64,000 bases of DNA from Heteronotia binoei (GCF_032191835.1 NW_026800309.1:62001-126000); one strand, 5' to 3'; counted from the first letter of the stretch, positions 1 through 11,283 are shown. A program made the numbers and translations. The notes: generated by a model not told the origin, from the letters alone.

Positions 1-1670
1 AAGGTCCCAGGTTCAATCTCCGGCATCTCCAACTAAAAAGGGTCCAGGCAAAGAGGCGTGAAAAACCTCAGCTGGAGAGCCATGAATGGGGCTGTGGCTC
101 AGTGGTAGAGCATCTGCTTGGTAAGCAGAAAGTCCCAGATTCAATCTCCGGCATCTCCAACTAAAAAGGGTCCAGGCAAAGAGGCATGAAAAACCTCAGC
201 TGGAGACCCTGGAGAGCCATGAATGGGGCTGTGGCTCAGTGGTAGAGCATCTGCTTGGTAAGCAGAAGGTCCCAGGTTCAATCTCCGGCATCTCCAACTA
301 AAAAGGGTCCAGGCAAAGAGGCGTGAAAAACCTCAGCTGGAGACCCTGGAGAGCCATGAATGGGGCTGTGGCTCAGTGGTAGAGCATCTGCTTGGTAAGC
401 AGAAGGTCCCAGGTTCAATCTCCGGCATCTCCAACTAAAAAGGGTCCAGGCAAAGAGGCGTGAAAAACCTCAGCTGGAGACCCTGGAGAGCCATGAATGG
501 GGCTGTGGCTCAGTGGTAGAGCATCTGCTTGGTAAGCAGAAGGTCCCAGGTTCAATCTCCGGCATCTCCAACTAAAAAGGGTCCAGGCAAAGAGGCGTGA
601 AAAACCTCAGCTGGAGACCCTGGAGAGCCATGAATGGGGCTGTGGCTCAGTGGCAGAGCATCTGCTTGGTAAGCAGAAGGTCCCAGGTTCAATCTCCGGC
701 ATCTCCAACTAAAAAGGGTCCAGGCAAAGAGGCGTGAAAAACCTCAGCTTGAGACCCTGGAGAGCTGCTGCCAGTCAGGGTAGACAATACTGACTTTAGG
801 GAGGATCGTGGCTCAGTGGTAGAGCATCTGCTTGGTAAGCAAAAGGTCCCAGGTTCAATCCCTGACATCTCCAGTTAAAAGAACAAGGTAGAAGGCGATG
901 TAAAATATTTTTGAGGAACTGTGGCTCAGTGGCAGAGCATCTGCTTGGGGAAGCAGAAGGTCCCAGGTTCAATCCCCAGCATCTCCAACTAAAAAGGGTC
1001 CAGGCAAAGAGGCGTGAAAAACCTCAGCTGGAGACCCTGGAGAGCCATGAATGGGGCTGTGGCTCAGTGGTAGAGCATCTGCTTGGTAAGCAGAAGGTCC
1101 CAGGTTCAATCTCCGGCATCTCCAACTAAAAAGGGTCCAGGCAAAGAGGCGTGAAAAACCTCAGCTTGAGACCCTGGAGAGCTGCTGCCAGTCAGGGTAG
1201 ACAATACTGACTTTAGGGAGGGATCGTGGCTCAGTGGTAGAGCATCTGCTTGGTAAGCAAAAGGTCCCAGGTTCAATCCCTGACATCTCCAGTTAAAAGA
1301 ACCAGGTAGAAGGCGATGTAAAATATTTTTGAGGAACTGTGGCTCAGTGGCAGAGCATCTGCTTGGTAAGCAGAAGGTCCCAGGTTCAATCCCCAGCATC
1401 TCCAACTAAAAAGGGTCCAGGCATGAAAAACCTCAGCTGGAGACCCTGGAGAGCCATGAATGGGGCTGTGGCTCAGTGGTAGAGCATCTGCTTGGTAAGC
1501 AGAAGGTCCCAGGTTCAATCCCCGGCATCTCCAACTAAAAAGGGTCCAGGCAAGGAGGCGTGAAGAACCTCAGCTGGAGACCCTGCAGAGCCAGTCTGAG
1601 TAGACAAGACTGACTTGGTTGGACCCAGGGGGGTGATTCAGTAGAAGGCAGCTTCATAGATATGTTCATA
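1..1670 (+). repeat. Tandem array of ~12 tRNA-derived SINE heads (135-bp unit, with a ~420-bp higher-order duplication); the last copy carries a CR1-like tail
   Basis: Repeated GGGGCTGTGGCTCAGTGGTAGAGC...GGTTCAATC(T/C)CCGGCATCTCCA (Pol III A/B boxes, tRNA-Ala-like) at 135-bp spacing (e.g. ~225, 360, 495, 630). Confidence 0.9.
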
Positions 1671-1919
1671 TATCTGCTTTCTTCCACATGATGAGCCAGA
1701 ATGCCAGATGTGTGCCGAGCCCCATAAGAAGCATTTGGATGCAGACCCCAGAGGAGGAAAGACAACTTGGGGATAATCTGAAACTGAACAACGTTGGGTA
1801 CATAAAGGGTTAAGCACGCCCCTCCCCCCAAAGGCTCTCCAGCCCCCCCCCCCCAAAGCTTATTTTCTAAATGAAAGAAGTCTGTCTTAGATGACTTGGG
1901 GGGGCATGGAAGAGGTTTA

Positions 1920-2170
1920 TCAAATCATGCCTGGAATGGAGAGAGCTGACAAAGGGACCCCCCCCCCCTTTCAAAAGGCTAGAACTTGGGGGCATCCGAT
2001 GAAGCTGATGGGCAGGAGGTTCAGGACAGACAGAAGGAAATACTAATTTAGATGGCAAGTGATTGAAATGTGGAATTCACTGCCACGGGAGGTGGTGGCG
2101 GCTACAAGCGTAGCCAGCTTTAAGAGGGGGTTAGATAAAAATATGGAGCAGAGATCCATCAGTGGCTATT
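1920..2170 (+). mobile_element. CR1 LINE 3' fragment
   Basis: Matches other CR1 copies in the window (ATGTGGAATTCACTGCCAC...GGGTTAGATAAAAATATGGAGCAGAG). Confidence 0.8.
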
Positions 2171-2199
2171 AGCCACAGTGTGTATATATATGTGTGTTG

Positions 2200-2580
2200 T
2201 TGGCTCTCCAGAGGAACTGGCTGGCCACTGGGTGAGACAGGAGGCTGGACTAGATGGACCCTCACTGGTCTGACCCAGCAGGGCTCTTCTGGTGTTCTTC
2301 TCAGGGGAAGGCCTTGGCCTCTCTGCCCTGTTGCTGGCCCTCAAGAGGAAGTGATTGGCCACTGTGTGAGACAGGAGGCTGGACTAGATGGACCCTCCCT
2401 GGTCTGATCCAGCAGGGCTCTTCTGATGTTCTTCTCAGGGGAAGGCCTCAGCCTCTCTGCCCTGCTGTTGGCCCTCCAGAGGAACTGGTTGGCCACTGTG
2501 TGAGACAGGAGGCTGGACTAGTTGGACTCTCCCTGGTCTGATTCAGCAGGGCTCTTCTGATGTTCTTCTCAGGGGCCGCT
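2200..2580 (+). repeat. ~3 tandem 134-bp CR1-subfamily 3'-end units
   Basis: Repeated ...GGAGGCTGGACTAGATGGACCCTC...CAGCAGGGCTCTTCTGATGTTCTTC; same unit is inverted at 26210-26810. Confidence 0.8.
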
Positions 2581-2659
2581 TTGAGTCTCTGGTTCAGGGA
2601 GAAGGGCGGGGTATAAATCTGAAATTCTTCTTCTCTCTGACCTGTTGTTGGACCTCCAG

Positions 2660-2860
2660 AGGAAGCAGATATTGGATTTGTATCCCACACTCCATTGTGA
2701 GCCTCAGAGCGGCTCACAATCTTCTTTATCTTCCACCCCCACAACAGACACCCTGTGAGGTGGGTGGGGCTGAGAGAGCTCTCCCAGAAGCTGCCCTTTC
2801 AAGGACAACCTCTGCCAGAGCTATGGCTGACCCAAGGCCATGCCAGCAGGTACAAGTGGA
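2660..2860 (-). mobile_element. Squam3-like tRNA SINE, truncated
   Basis: ATATTGGATTT..TCCC...GAGCGGCTCACAATC...CTGACCCAAGGCCA body shared with copies at 27.3k, 37.8k, 50.9k and 54.2k. Confidence 0.7.
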
Positions 2861-3112
2861 GGAACTGGCTGGCCCCTGGGTGAGACAGGAACCTGGACTA
2901 GATGGACCCTCCCTGGGCTGATACAACAGGGCTCTTCTGAGGTTCTCATGTTCTTCCAGGTATTGTTTCCACATCATGCCTAAAGCAACTGCTGCTAGAC
3001 TCTGATCAGATGGAAAGCCGCTACAACAGAAGCACTGGATCATTCACACTGTCTTGTTTTGTGACTCCTCCCTCAGCTCCGTGTTCCTGCACTATGCCTC
3101 CAGTAAGGGACA

Positions 3113-4063
3113 ATGCTCACCTTTAATGAAAGCCATGGAGCCCCTTCCTCTTTCACCCTCCTGGGTATCCCTGGCCTGGAAGCAGTCTACCACTGGCTCT
3201 CCATCCCTCTTTCCTCCATGTACGTGGTGACACTGCTGGGAAACTGCACCATCTTATACACCATCAAAACCGAGCCGAGCCTCCACAGGCCCATGTACAT
3301 CTTCCTCTGCATGCTGGCCCTCATCGATCTGGTGCTGTCCACCTCCACCCTGCCGAAGACGCTCTGCATTCTCTGGTTCCGAGCCGGGGAAATAGATTTC
3401 AACTCCTGCCTGGTCCAGATGTTCTTCATCCACTCCTTCTCCATCATGGAGTCGACGGTGCTGGTGGCCATGGCCTTCGACCGCTACGTGGCCATTTGCA
3501 ACCCTCTGAGGTACGACTCCATCCTAACCAACCCGTTGTTGGCCAAAATTGGGGCAGCGGTGGTCCTGAGGGGCTCGGTCTTCATCACCCCGATTAGCAT
3601 CTTGGTGTCCCGCCTGCCGTACTGCAGGACCCATGTCATCGGCCACACCTACTGCGAGCACATGGCCGTGGTGAAGCTGGCGTGCTCCAGCATAATCGCC
3701 AATGTTGTATATGGACTGGTTGTGGCTCTCCTCGTGGTGGGGGTGGACTTGGTGTTCATCACCATGTCCTACTGCATGATCGCCAGGGCGGTCTTGGCCT
3801 TGCCATCCAAAGACGCCCGCCACAAAGCCTTCAGCACCTGCGCAGCCCATGTCGTGGTCATCTTGGTGTCCTACACCCCGGCGCTTTTTACCATTCTGAC
3901 ACACCGATTTGGACACCACGTGATGCCTCATGTTCACATCCTCCTGGCAAACTTCTACCTCCTCTTCCCCCCTATGCTGAACCCCATTGTGTATGGGGTG
4001 AAGACCAAGGAGATCCGTGACCGAGTGATCCACATGCTTCTGAAGATAAAGCATCTTTCTTGA
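3113..4063 (+). CDS. Class I olfactory receptor, family 52-like, intact (316 aa)
   Basis: LHRPMYIFL, MAFDRYVAICNPLRY, TYCEHMAVVKLAC, KAFSTC and PPMLNPIVYGVKTKEIR motifs; likely splice acceptor before 3077. Confidence 0.97.
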   Translation: MLTFNESHGAPSSFTLLGIPGLEAVYHWLSIPLSSMYVVTLLGNCTILYTIKTEPSLHRPMYIFLCMLALIDLVLSTSTLPKTLCILWFRAGEIDFNSCLVQMFFIHSFSIMESTVLVAMAFDRYVAICNPLRYDSILTNPLLAKIGAAVVLRGSVFITPISILVSRLPYCRTHVIGHTYCEHMAVVKLACSSIIANVVYGLVVALLVVGVDLVFITMSYCMIARAVLALPSKDARHKAFSTCAAHVVVILVSYTPALFTILTHRFGHHVMPHVHILLANFYLLFPPMLNPIVYGVKTKEIRDRVIHMLLKIKHLS

Positions 4064-4119
4064 AGGACTGCAGAAGTTCTGAAGGGACGTGCTGCCTTTT
4101 TCCTGGTCAATAAGCTCAG

Positions 4120-4338
4120 CAGCTATGAGAACGCACGCATAGCTGGTCTTGAGGACAAAAGGAGATTGAGGAAGAATCGCATTGCTACAGCACCAACCCC
4201 AAATCAGACTTTTCCCTGCAGCCACTGTGGCCGGATCTGCCTGTCCCGCATTGGTCTTGTCAGCCACCAGCGAGCCTGCAGCAGACGTGGACTACTGCAC
4301 CTTTCTTAAATCTTCGTTCGCGAAGTCAAGCCGAGAGA
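4120..4338 (+). mobile_element. RTE LINE 3' end fragment
   Basis: Encodes ...QTFPCSHCGRICLSRIGLVSHQRAC (RTE C-terminal zinc-finger-like motif), then TTCGCGAAGTCAAGCCGAGAG tail; near-identical to the 3' part of the element at 34870-35030. Confidence 0.85.
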
Positions 4339-4370
4339 AGCTCAGCAAATCTTATTGCTGAATAATATTG

Positions 4371-4633
4371 TGTAGGTAGATCCAAGCGGGCAGCCGTGTT
4401 GGTCTGAAGCAGTTGAACAAAGCAGGAGCCAAGTGGCACCTTGAAGACCAACCCATTTTTATTTAGAACGTAAGCTTTCGTATGCTCTTAAGCACACTTC
4501 ATCAGACGAGGCATCCAGCTCACTGTGCTGGATTCCTCGTCTGATGAAGTGTGCTTAAGAGCACACGAAAGCTTACGTTCTAAATAAAAACGGGTTGGTC
4601 TTCAAGGTGCCACTTGGCTCCTGCTTTGTTCAA
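4371..4633. mobile_element. Palindromic (fold-back) Penelope/Neptune-like pseudo-LTR element
   Basis: 107-bp inverted arms 4413-4519 / 4527-4633 with a 7-nt loop; AATATTG duplicated at both flanks; terminus typical of Neptune PLEs. Confidence 0.85.
4538..4577 (+). ncRNA. Minimal type I hammerhead ribozyme motif (mirror copy on - strand at 4469-4508)
   Basis: cgt-CTGATGA-a-GTGTGC(ttaaga)GCACAC-GAAA-gct-T-acg; palindromic stem III (AAGCTT) as in dimeric PLE hammerheads. Confidence 0.8.
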
Positions 4634-4684
4634 ATATTGAGTAGGGTTTTTGTCTTTTGATTGCAGAACTTCTAGATGGTATGC

Positions 4685-5090
4685 AGGGGTCATTTTGTAG
4701 AAAAAGAGGTGCCAGCGCTCATTTGCATAACTCATTTGCATATGCCACACAGCCCTGATATCTCCAGAAGTGGACTAAATTATATCCGCTCAGCATCTAC
4801 CTTAAAACGCTTCTTGAATTATAACTGTCATCATAAAACCTTACTCCCACCATACTTTTAAAATTACTTTCTCCGATGTGGCCACATTGGCATGATGAAG
4901 CTTTCCATCTGTCTGCTTTATATCTTTTGGTTATTTCCCCATTTTTGAGGGTAAAAAAATATTAGAAAGTTTTGTCAGATCTTAAGAGTTCAGCAAAATT
5001 CTCACTGGAGGTTTGAACACGGGAGGTCAGCAGCAAGGTGCTTTCTTATTTTTTGGGTGGGATGCGGGGGGGGGGGAGGTGGTAAGAAAA
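4685..5090. mobile_element. Non-autonomous DNA transposon (MITE) fragment, end CAGGGGTCATTTTGTAGAAA
   Basis: Complementary end ...TTTTTCTACAAAGCGACCCCTG at ~61265-61288; related internal sequence at 38100-38245. Confidence 0.6.
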
Positions 5091-5589
5091 AGGAAAGGTC
5101 CCCTGTGCAAGCACCAGTCGTTTCCACACAATAAAATTGAGAGGTTTCAAAGCTCTGAGGCCTGGTTGTATGCCAGGGTTGGCCAACGGCTGGGGCTGAT
5201 GGGAGTTGTAGGCAAAAAACATCTGGAGAGCTACTGTCGGCCACCCCTGCACTATACCTATTTTTGTGTGCAAGCTCTTTCCTTGGTTCAGGGTTGTTTT
5301 TGCATTGAAGGTCAGTGCTTCAGGAAGCACCAGTGACGGAGTCCAGAATTTGTGTGGAGTCCAGAATTTGCAGAAATGATGTATGATTTTTGGCCTGCTG
5401 TTTGGGCTCCTTGAGTCCCTCCCTCTTATTATATTCACACTGCTAGATTAATTCTGCCTTCCGTCCTCCCTCAACCAGCTCCCCCTCCCTCCAAACACAC
5501 AATCTGCCAGAAGCTGGTTCCCCATTCGCAGATCCTTATTCATTCCTCATTCGTGAATACAGCCAAAAACACTGAAGAGAGTTTGAAAG

Positions 5590-6330
5590 CTCTCAACCCC
5601 AAAATAAGGTCCAGACCCCCGTATATCATACACCCCCACATTCAGGGGACTCTGTCCTTCGAGAAGACATGTGCTGCTTCACGGTCCAATGAGCAGCTCT
5701 CATGCCAGCTGCTCCAGAGCAAGGTGCCCCCAGGACACTCAAAGAGGCAGGCACTGGGGCCAGGCTGTACCCCAAAACAATGTTTGGACCACCCCAAGTG
5801 ACACATCCCCACGCTCAGGACACTGTCCTCTGCAAGAAGACATGCCGTGCTGCCCGGTCCAAACACTGCTTCTGGAGCCACAAGCTTCCAATTGGAGTGC
5901 CACTGAGAAGCCTGTATTTCAAAGGAGATTTGAATAAGGAACTTTTTTGATTGCTTGCCCTCTGCACCCCAAAATAAAGTGTGGACCACCACATGCCATA
6001 CACTCCCACGTTCAGGGAACTCTCCCCTTCGAGAGGGCATGTGCTGCTTCACGGTCCAATGAGCGGTTCTCATACCAGTTGCTCCAAAGCAAGGTGCCCC
6101 CAGGACACTCAAAGAGGCAGGCACTGGGGCCAGGCTGTACGCCAAAACAATGTTTGGACCACCCCAAGTGACACATCCCCACGCTCGGGACACTGTCCCC
6201 TTCAAGAAGACAGGCTGAGGTGCCTGGTGCAAACATTTGTTCCGGAGCCAAAAGCTTCCAATCTGTATTTCAAAGGAGATTTGAATAAGGAACTCTTTTG
6301 ATTGCTTGCCCTCTGCCCCCCAAAATAACA
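5590..6330. repeat. Tandem ~370-bp duplication built of ~185-bp subunits
   Basis: CCCCAAAATAA...GGACCACC...CCCACGYTCAGG blocks at ~5596, 5771, 5966 and 6142. Confidence 0.75.
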
Positions 6331-6559
6331 AAACCGCCTCAGTGCTGTCTTTCCTGTGCCACATTAAATGGAGATGGTTGCCCTCTGCTTGTTCCAGGGC
6401 AAGAGCTGATGCAGGCAGAACTCAGTTGAAAGGGCTGTTGTTAAATCTTTACTATACAAGCGGCCTGAAAGGGGTGCAACGCTGTTTTGGTAGGATCGCT
6501 GCCCGCTTGGTAGGGTTAACCCAACAAAAAATGCAAGCGAGTGACCAATTTACTAAGTA

Positions 6560-7640
6560 GTATGTAGAAACCAGTCCAAATGTCCAAAAGGTGGACATTC
6601 AAGTCCCAAAGTAGTGTGGTGACCAGCCGATCGATTAAGTACCTGTTTCTTTCCAGTCTTCATCAGACCTGGGACCACTAACAAAAAGAAAATATTACAC
6701 AAAAATATCAGAAGGACATTCAGACACCACCATCCCTCTTCCAGTGAAAAAGTATTGATTCAATTACCGTATATGGATTTTTTACACAATTTTCAAAAAA
6801 GAGGGACGCGGAGTGTAGACCCCCATAGCTGAAATGGTGTCTGGTTGTTAGTATAACCTTATGACCCCTAAAGGCATCGGAGGATCACGCATTCAGTTAT
6901 CCAGGCCCTGCTATGTCTGGATCTCCAGACACTTTCACATCCCTCATACTGTAGCAAGTAGTATTTTTGAAATGCTAGTTTCCTTTCTGTTGTTGAACAC
7001 CTTGCATACTTCCTGTATTAGCTTTCGTTCTTGCTGATGAGCTAAGATGCTTCTGGAATTCTAAACCCCTATAAATAAAGAGGCATTGCTTAGCAAAGGA
7101 GGCATGTTCTTCCTCTTCAACACGTGGGTTGTGTGAATTGTTCCAACAGCGGAGCGTCTCCAGCATCAATTTCACCTCGGCTACAGCTCAGTATGTGGCT
7201 TCTTGTGCACCCTAATGGTGCAACTAACATGTTTAAAAAGGCAAACATCTCATTTACAGCTGCCATTACACAAACCTCTTAAAGGTAAAGTAACATATTT
7301 CTAATGCAACATGCTAAAAGACACACCACAAACTATATCACAGCAGATACAACATACAAAATATTCCATACAAAGAATGTCAAATCCCATAATTTATGTT
7401 ATTACACAGCCAAATTATGCACAGCACTCATAAAATTATAAAGAAGACCATTCATAAAAAACATGTCAAATCATTGGTCATATTCAGTCCATATGGAGAA
7501 ATGCAATTCAACTGGTGTATCCAGTATGCCTCTTTTTGCAGCAGAATCTTGTGCACGTCTTCATTTCTGTCTGTTTGTTCATATTTGTATAAGGTGAAAA
7601 AACAAAAATCTTCACAGTCGTGATTCTTTTGCATAAAATG
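6560..7640 (-). mobile_element. Neptune-type Penelope-like element 3' part (GIY-YIG C-terminus plus long 3' region)
   Basis: Minus ORF ends ...ILLQKEAYWIHQLNCISPYGLNMTNDLTCFL (7452), a typical PLE endonuclease C-terminus; degenerate hammerhead at 6603-6675. Confidence 0.75.
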
Positions 7641-7669
7641 GCTGACCCCTGGTAGAGTTGCCAGTTCTT

Positions 7670-10480
7670 TGTCACATAACAGAAGCCCTGTTGGATCAGG
7701 CCAATAGCCCATCCAGTCCAACACTCTGTGTCACATAAGAACATAAGAGAAGCCCTGTTGGATCAGGCCAATAGCCCATCCAGTCCAACACTCTGTGTCA
7801 CATAAGAACATAAGAGAAGCCCTGTTGGATCAGGCCAGTGGCCCCTCCAGTCCAGCACTCTGTGTCACATAAAAACATAAGAGAAGCCCTGTTGGATCAG
7901 GCCAGTGGCCCCTCCAGTCCAACACTCTGTGTCACATAAGAACATAAGAGAAGCCATGTTGGATCAGGCCAGTGGCCCCTCCTGTCCAACACTCTGTGTC
8001 ACATAAGAACATAAGAGAAGCCCTGTTGGATCAGGCCAATGGCCCCTCCAGTCCAACACTCTGTGTCACATAAGAACATAAGAGAAGCCATGTTGGATCA
8101 GGCCAGGGGCCCCTCCTGTCCAACACTCTGTGTCACAGAAGAACATAAGAGAAGCCCTGTTGGATCAGGCCAGTGGCCCCTCCAGTCCAACACTCTGTGT
8201 CACATAAGAACATAAGAGAAGCCCTGTTGGATCAGGCCAGTGGCCCCTCCAGTCCAACACTCTGTGTCACATAAGAACATAAGAGAAGCCCTGTTGGATC
8301 AGGCCAATGGCCCCTCCAGTCCAACACTCTGTGTCACATAAGAACATAAGAGAAGCCCTGTTGGATCAGGCCAGTGGCCCCTCCAGTCCAACACTCTGTG
8401 TCACATAAGAACATAAGAGAAGCCATGTTGGATCAGGCCAATGGCCCCTCCAGTCCAACACTCTGTGTCACATAAAAACATAAGAGAGGCCCTGTTGGAT
8501 CAGGCCAGTGGCCCCTCCAGTCCAGCACTCTGTGTCACATAAAAACATAAGAGAAGCCCTGTTGGATCAGGCCAGTGGCCCCTCCAGTCCAACACTCTGT
8601 GTCACATAAGAACATAAGAGAAGCCATGTTGGATCAGGCCAGTGGCCCCTCCTGTCCAACACTCTGTGTCACGTAAGAACATAAGAGAAGCCATGTTGGA
8701 TCAGGCCAGTGGCCCCTCCAGTCCAACACTCTGTGTCACATAAGAACATAAGAGAAGCCCTGTTGGATCAGGCCAATGGCCCCTCCAGTCCAACACTCTG
8801 TGTCACATAAGAACATAAGAGAAGCCCTGTTGGATCAGGCCAGTGGCCCCTCCAGTCCAACACTCTGTGTCACATAAGAACATAAGAGAAGCCCTGTTGG
8901 ATCAGGCCAGTGGCCCCTCCAGTCCAACACTCTGTGTCACATAAAAACATAAGAGAGGCCCTGTTGGATCAGGCCAGTGGCCCCTCCAGTCCAGCACTCT
9001 GTGTCACATAAAAACATAAGAGAAGCCCTGTTGGATCAGGCCAGTGGCCCCTCCAGTCCAACACTCTGTGTCACATAAGAACATAAGAGAAGCCATGTTG
9101 GATCAGGCCAGTGGCCCCTCCTGTCCAACACTCTGTGTCACATAAGAACATAAGAGAAGCCATGTTGGATCAGGCCAATGGCCCCTCCAGTCCAACACTC
9201 TGTGTCACATAAGAACATAAGAGAAGCCCTGTTGGATCAGGCCAATGGCCCCTCCAGTCCAACACTCTGTGTCACATAAGAACATAAGAGAAGCCATGTT
9301 GGATCAGGCCAGGGGCCCCTCCTGTCCAACACTCTGTGTCACAGAAGAACATAAGAGAAGCCCTGTTGGATCAGGCCAGTGGCCCCTCCAGTCCAACACT
9401 CTGTGTCACATAAGAACATAAGAGAAGCCCTGTTAGATCAGGCCAATGGCCCCTCCAGTCCAACACTCTGTGTCACATAAGAACATAAGAGAAGCCCTGT
9501 TGGATCAGGCCAGTGGCCCCTCCAGTCCAACACTCTGTGTCACATAAGAACATAAGAGAAGCCCTGTTGGATCAGGCCAGTGGCCCATCCAGTCCAACAC
9601 TCTGTGTTACAGAAGAACATAAGAGAAGCCCTGTTGGATCAGGCCAGTGGCCCCTCCAGTCCAACACTCTGTGTCACATAAGAACATAAGAGAAGCCCTG
9701 TTGAATCAGACCAATGGCCCATCCAGTCCAACACTCTGTGTCACAGAAGAACATAAGAGAAGCCCTGTTGGATCAGACCAATGGCCCATCCAGTCCAACA
9801 CTCTGTGTCACAGAAGAACATAAGAGAAGCCCTGTTGGATCAGGCCAATGGCCCATCCAGTCCAACACTCTGTGTCACATAAGAACCTAAGAGAAGCCAT
9901 GTTGGATCAGGCCAGTGGCCCATCCAGTCCAACACTCTGTGTCACAGAAGAACATAAGAGAAGCCCTGTTGGATCATGCCAGTGGCCCATCCAGTCCAAC
10001 ACTCTGTGTCACATAAGAACATAAGAGAAGCCCTGTTGGATCAGGCCAGTGGCCCATCCAGTCCAACACTCTGTGTCACATAAGAACCTAAGAGAAGCCA
10101 TGTTGGATCAGGCCAGTGGCCCATCCAGTCCAACACTCTGTGTCACATAAGAACATAAGAGAAGCCCTGTTGGATCAGGCCAGTGGCCCCTCCAGTCCAA
10201 CACTCTGTGTCACATAAGAACATAAGAGAAGCCATGTTGGATCAGGCCAGTGGCCCCTCCAGTCCAACACTCTGTCACATAAGAACATAAGAGAAGCCCT
10301 GTTGGATCAGGCCAATGGCCCCTCCAGTCCAACACTCTGTGTCACATAAGAGAAGCCCTGTTGGATCATGCCAGTGGCCCATCCAGTCCAACACTCTGTG
10401 TCACATAAGAACATTAGAGAAGCCATGTCGGATCAGGCCAAAGGCCCATCCAGTCCAACAGGGCTTCTCTTATGTTCTTA
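7670..10480 (-). repeat. 67-bp tandem array (~41 units) of the CR1 3' terminus
   Basis: Unit CATAAGAACATAAGAGAAGCCCTGTTGGATCAGGCCAGTGGCCCCTCCAGTCCAACACTCTGTGTCA is the reverse complement of the CR1 end seen at 20360-20424. Confidence 0.95.
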
Positions 10481-10807
10481 GCAGACAAGAGCCAGTTGCT
10501 CAGGGGCCTGATAGGAGCCCTCTAGGGGCCAAATTTGGCACATAGGCCGCATGTTTGACACCCCTGCCTTAGAGCTTAGGCCCAAGTCAGTGGGGAATGC
10601 CAAATAAAGTATTTGCAATTAAATTAAACCAAAGAACTGGAGCATTACATCTCCTTGTGGGAACACCAGAAACACTTGAGGGAGCAGGAGTCATTGCTTA
10701 TTATTAACCAATTTATAGAGACTTTCCTGCTGGAAGAGTAGGGATTTGAGGAAGGCGTTGAAGAGAAGGCCCAGAGGTCCCTCAAGCAAGTCAAAAGGGG
10801 CAATTGC

Positions 10808-11283
10808 TAGGGTTGCCAAGTCCAGTTCAAGAAATATCTGGGGACTTTGGGGGTGGAGCCAGGAGACTTTGGGGGTGGAGCCAGGAGCAAGGTTGTGACA
10901 AGCATCATTGAACTCCGAAGAAGGGAGTTCTGGCCATCACATTTAAATGGATCTTTTCAATGCCTTCCCTCCATTGGAAATGAGGGGTGGGGCACCTTCT
11001 TTGGGAGGTCATAGAATTGGACGCCCTAGTCCAATCCTTTTGAAACTTGGAGGATATTTAGGAGAGAGACACTGAACGCTATTCTGAAAATCTGGTGCCT
11101 CTACCTCAGAAAACAACCTCCCCAGAGCCCCAGATACCCATAGATCAATTCTCCATTACATGCTATGGAAATCGATCTACGTATGGAATAATGGAGTGCC
11201 CAGCAGACATTTCCCCCCCACTACTTTCTGATGACACTGAAGCGGGGGGGTCCCCTGTCCCCACCTGGGGACTGGGAACCCTA
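10808..11283. mobile_element. hAT-type MITE (TIR TAGGGTTGCCAA)
   Basis: TAGGGTTGCCAAG...GGGAACCCTA; same family shows an 8-bp TSD at 47962-48470. Confidence 0.85.

Noticed and set aside
87-1533. Cluster of genuine tRNA-Thr/Ala genes
   Set aside because: Mismatched acceptor and T stems, SINE body and CR1-like tail attached, dispersed copies at 15.1k and 30.8k; treated as SINE heads
3524-4267. Long antisense ORFs over the OR genes (also 38536-39330, 50418-50924, 57738-58187)
   Set aside because: Shadow frames of GC3-rich OR coding sequence with no recognisable domains
7020-7120. CTGATGA and GAAA motifs suggesting another hammerhead
   Set aside because: The motifs lie on opposite strands and no stem II can be formed
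7670-10480. CRISPR-like regular repeat array
   Set aside because: Units are contiguous with no unique spacers, match the CR1 3' end, and the DNA is vertebrate with no cas genes
10745-10790. TTTGAGGAAGGC (FEEG) as the preceding TRPC2 exon
   Set aside because: Similarity stops after four codons and there is no suitable donor site
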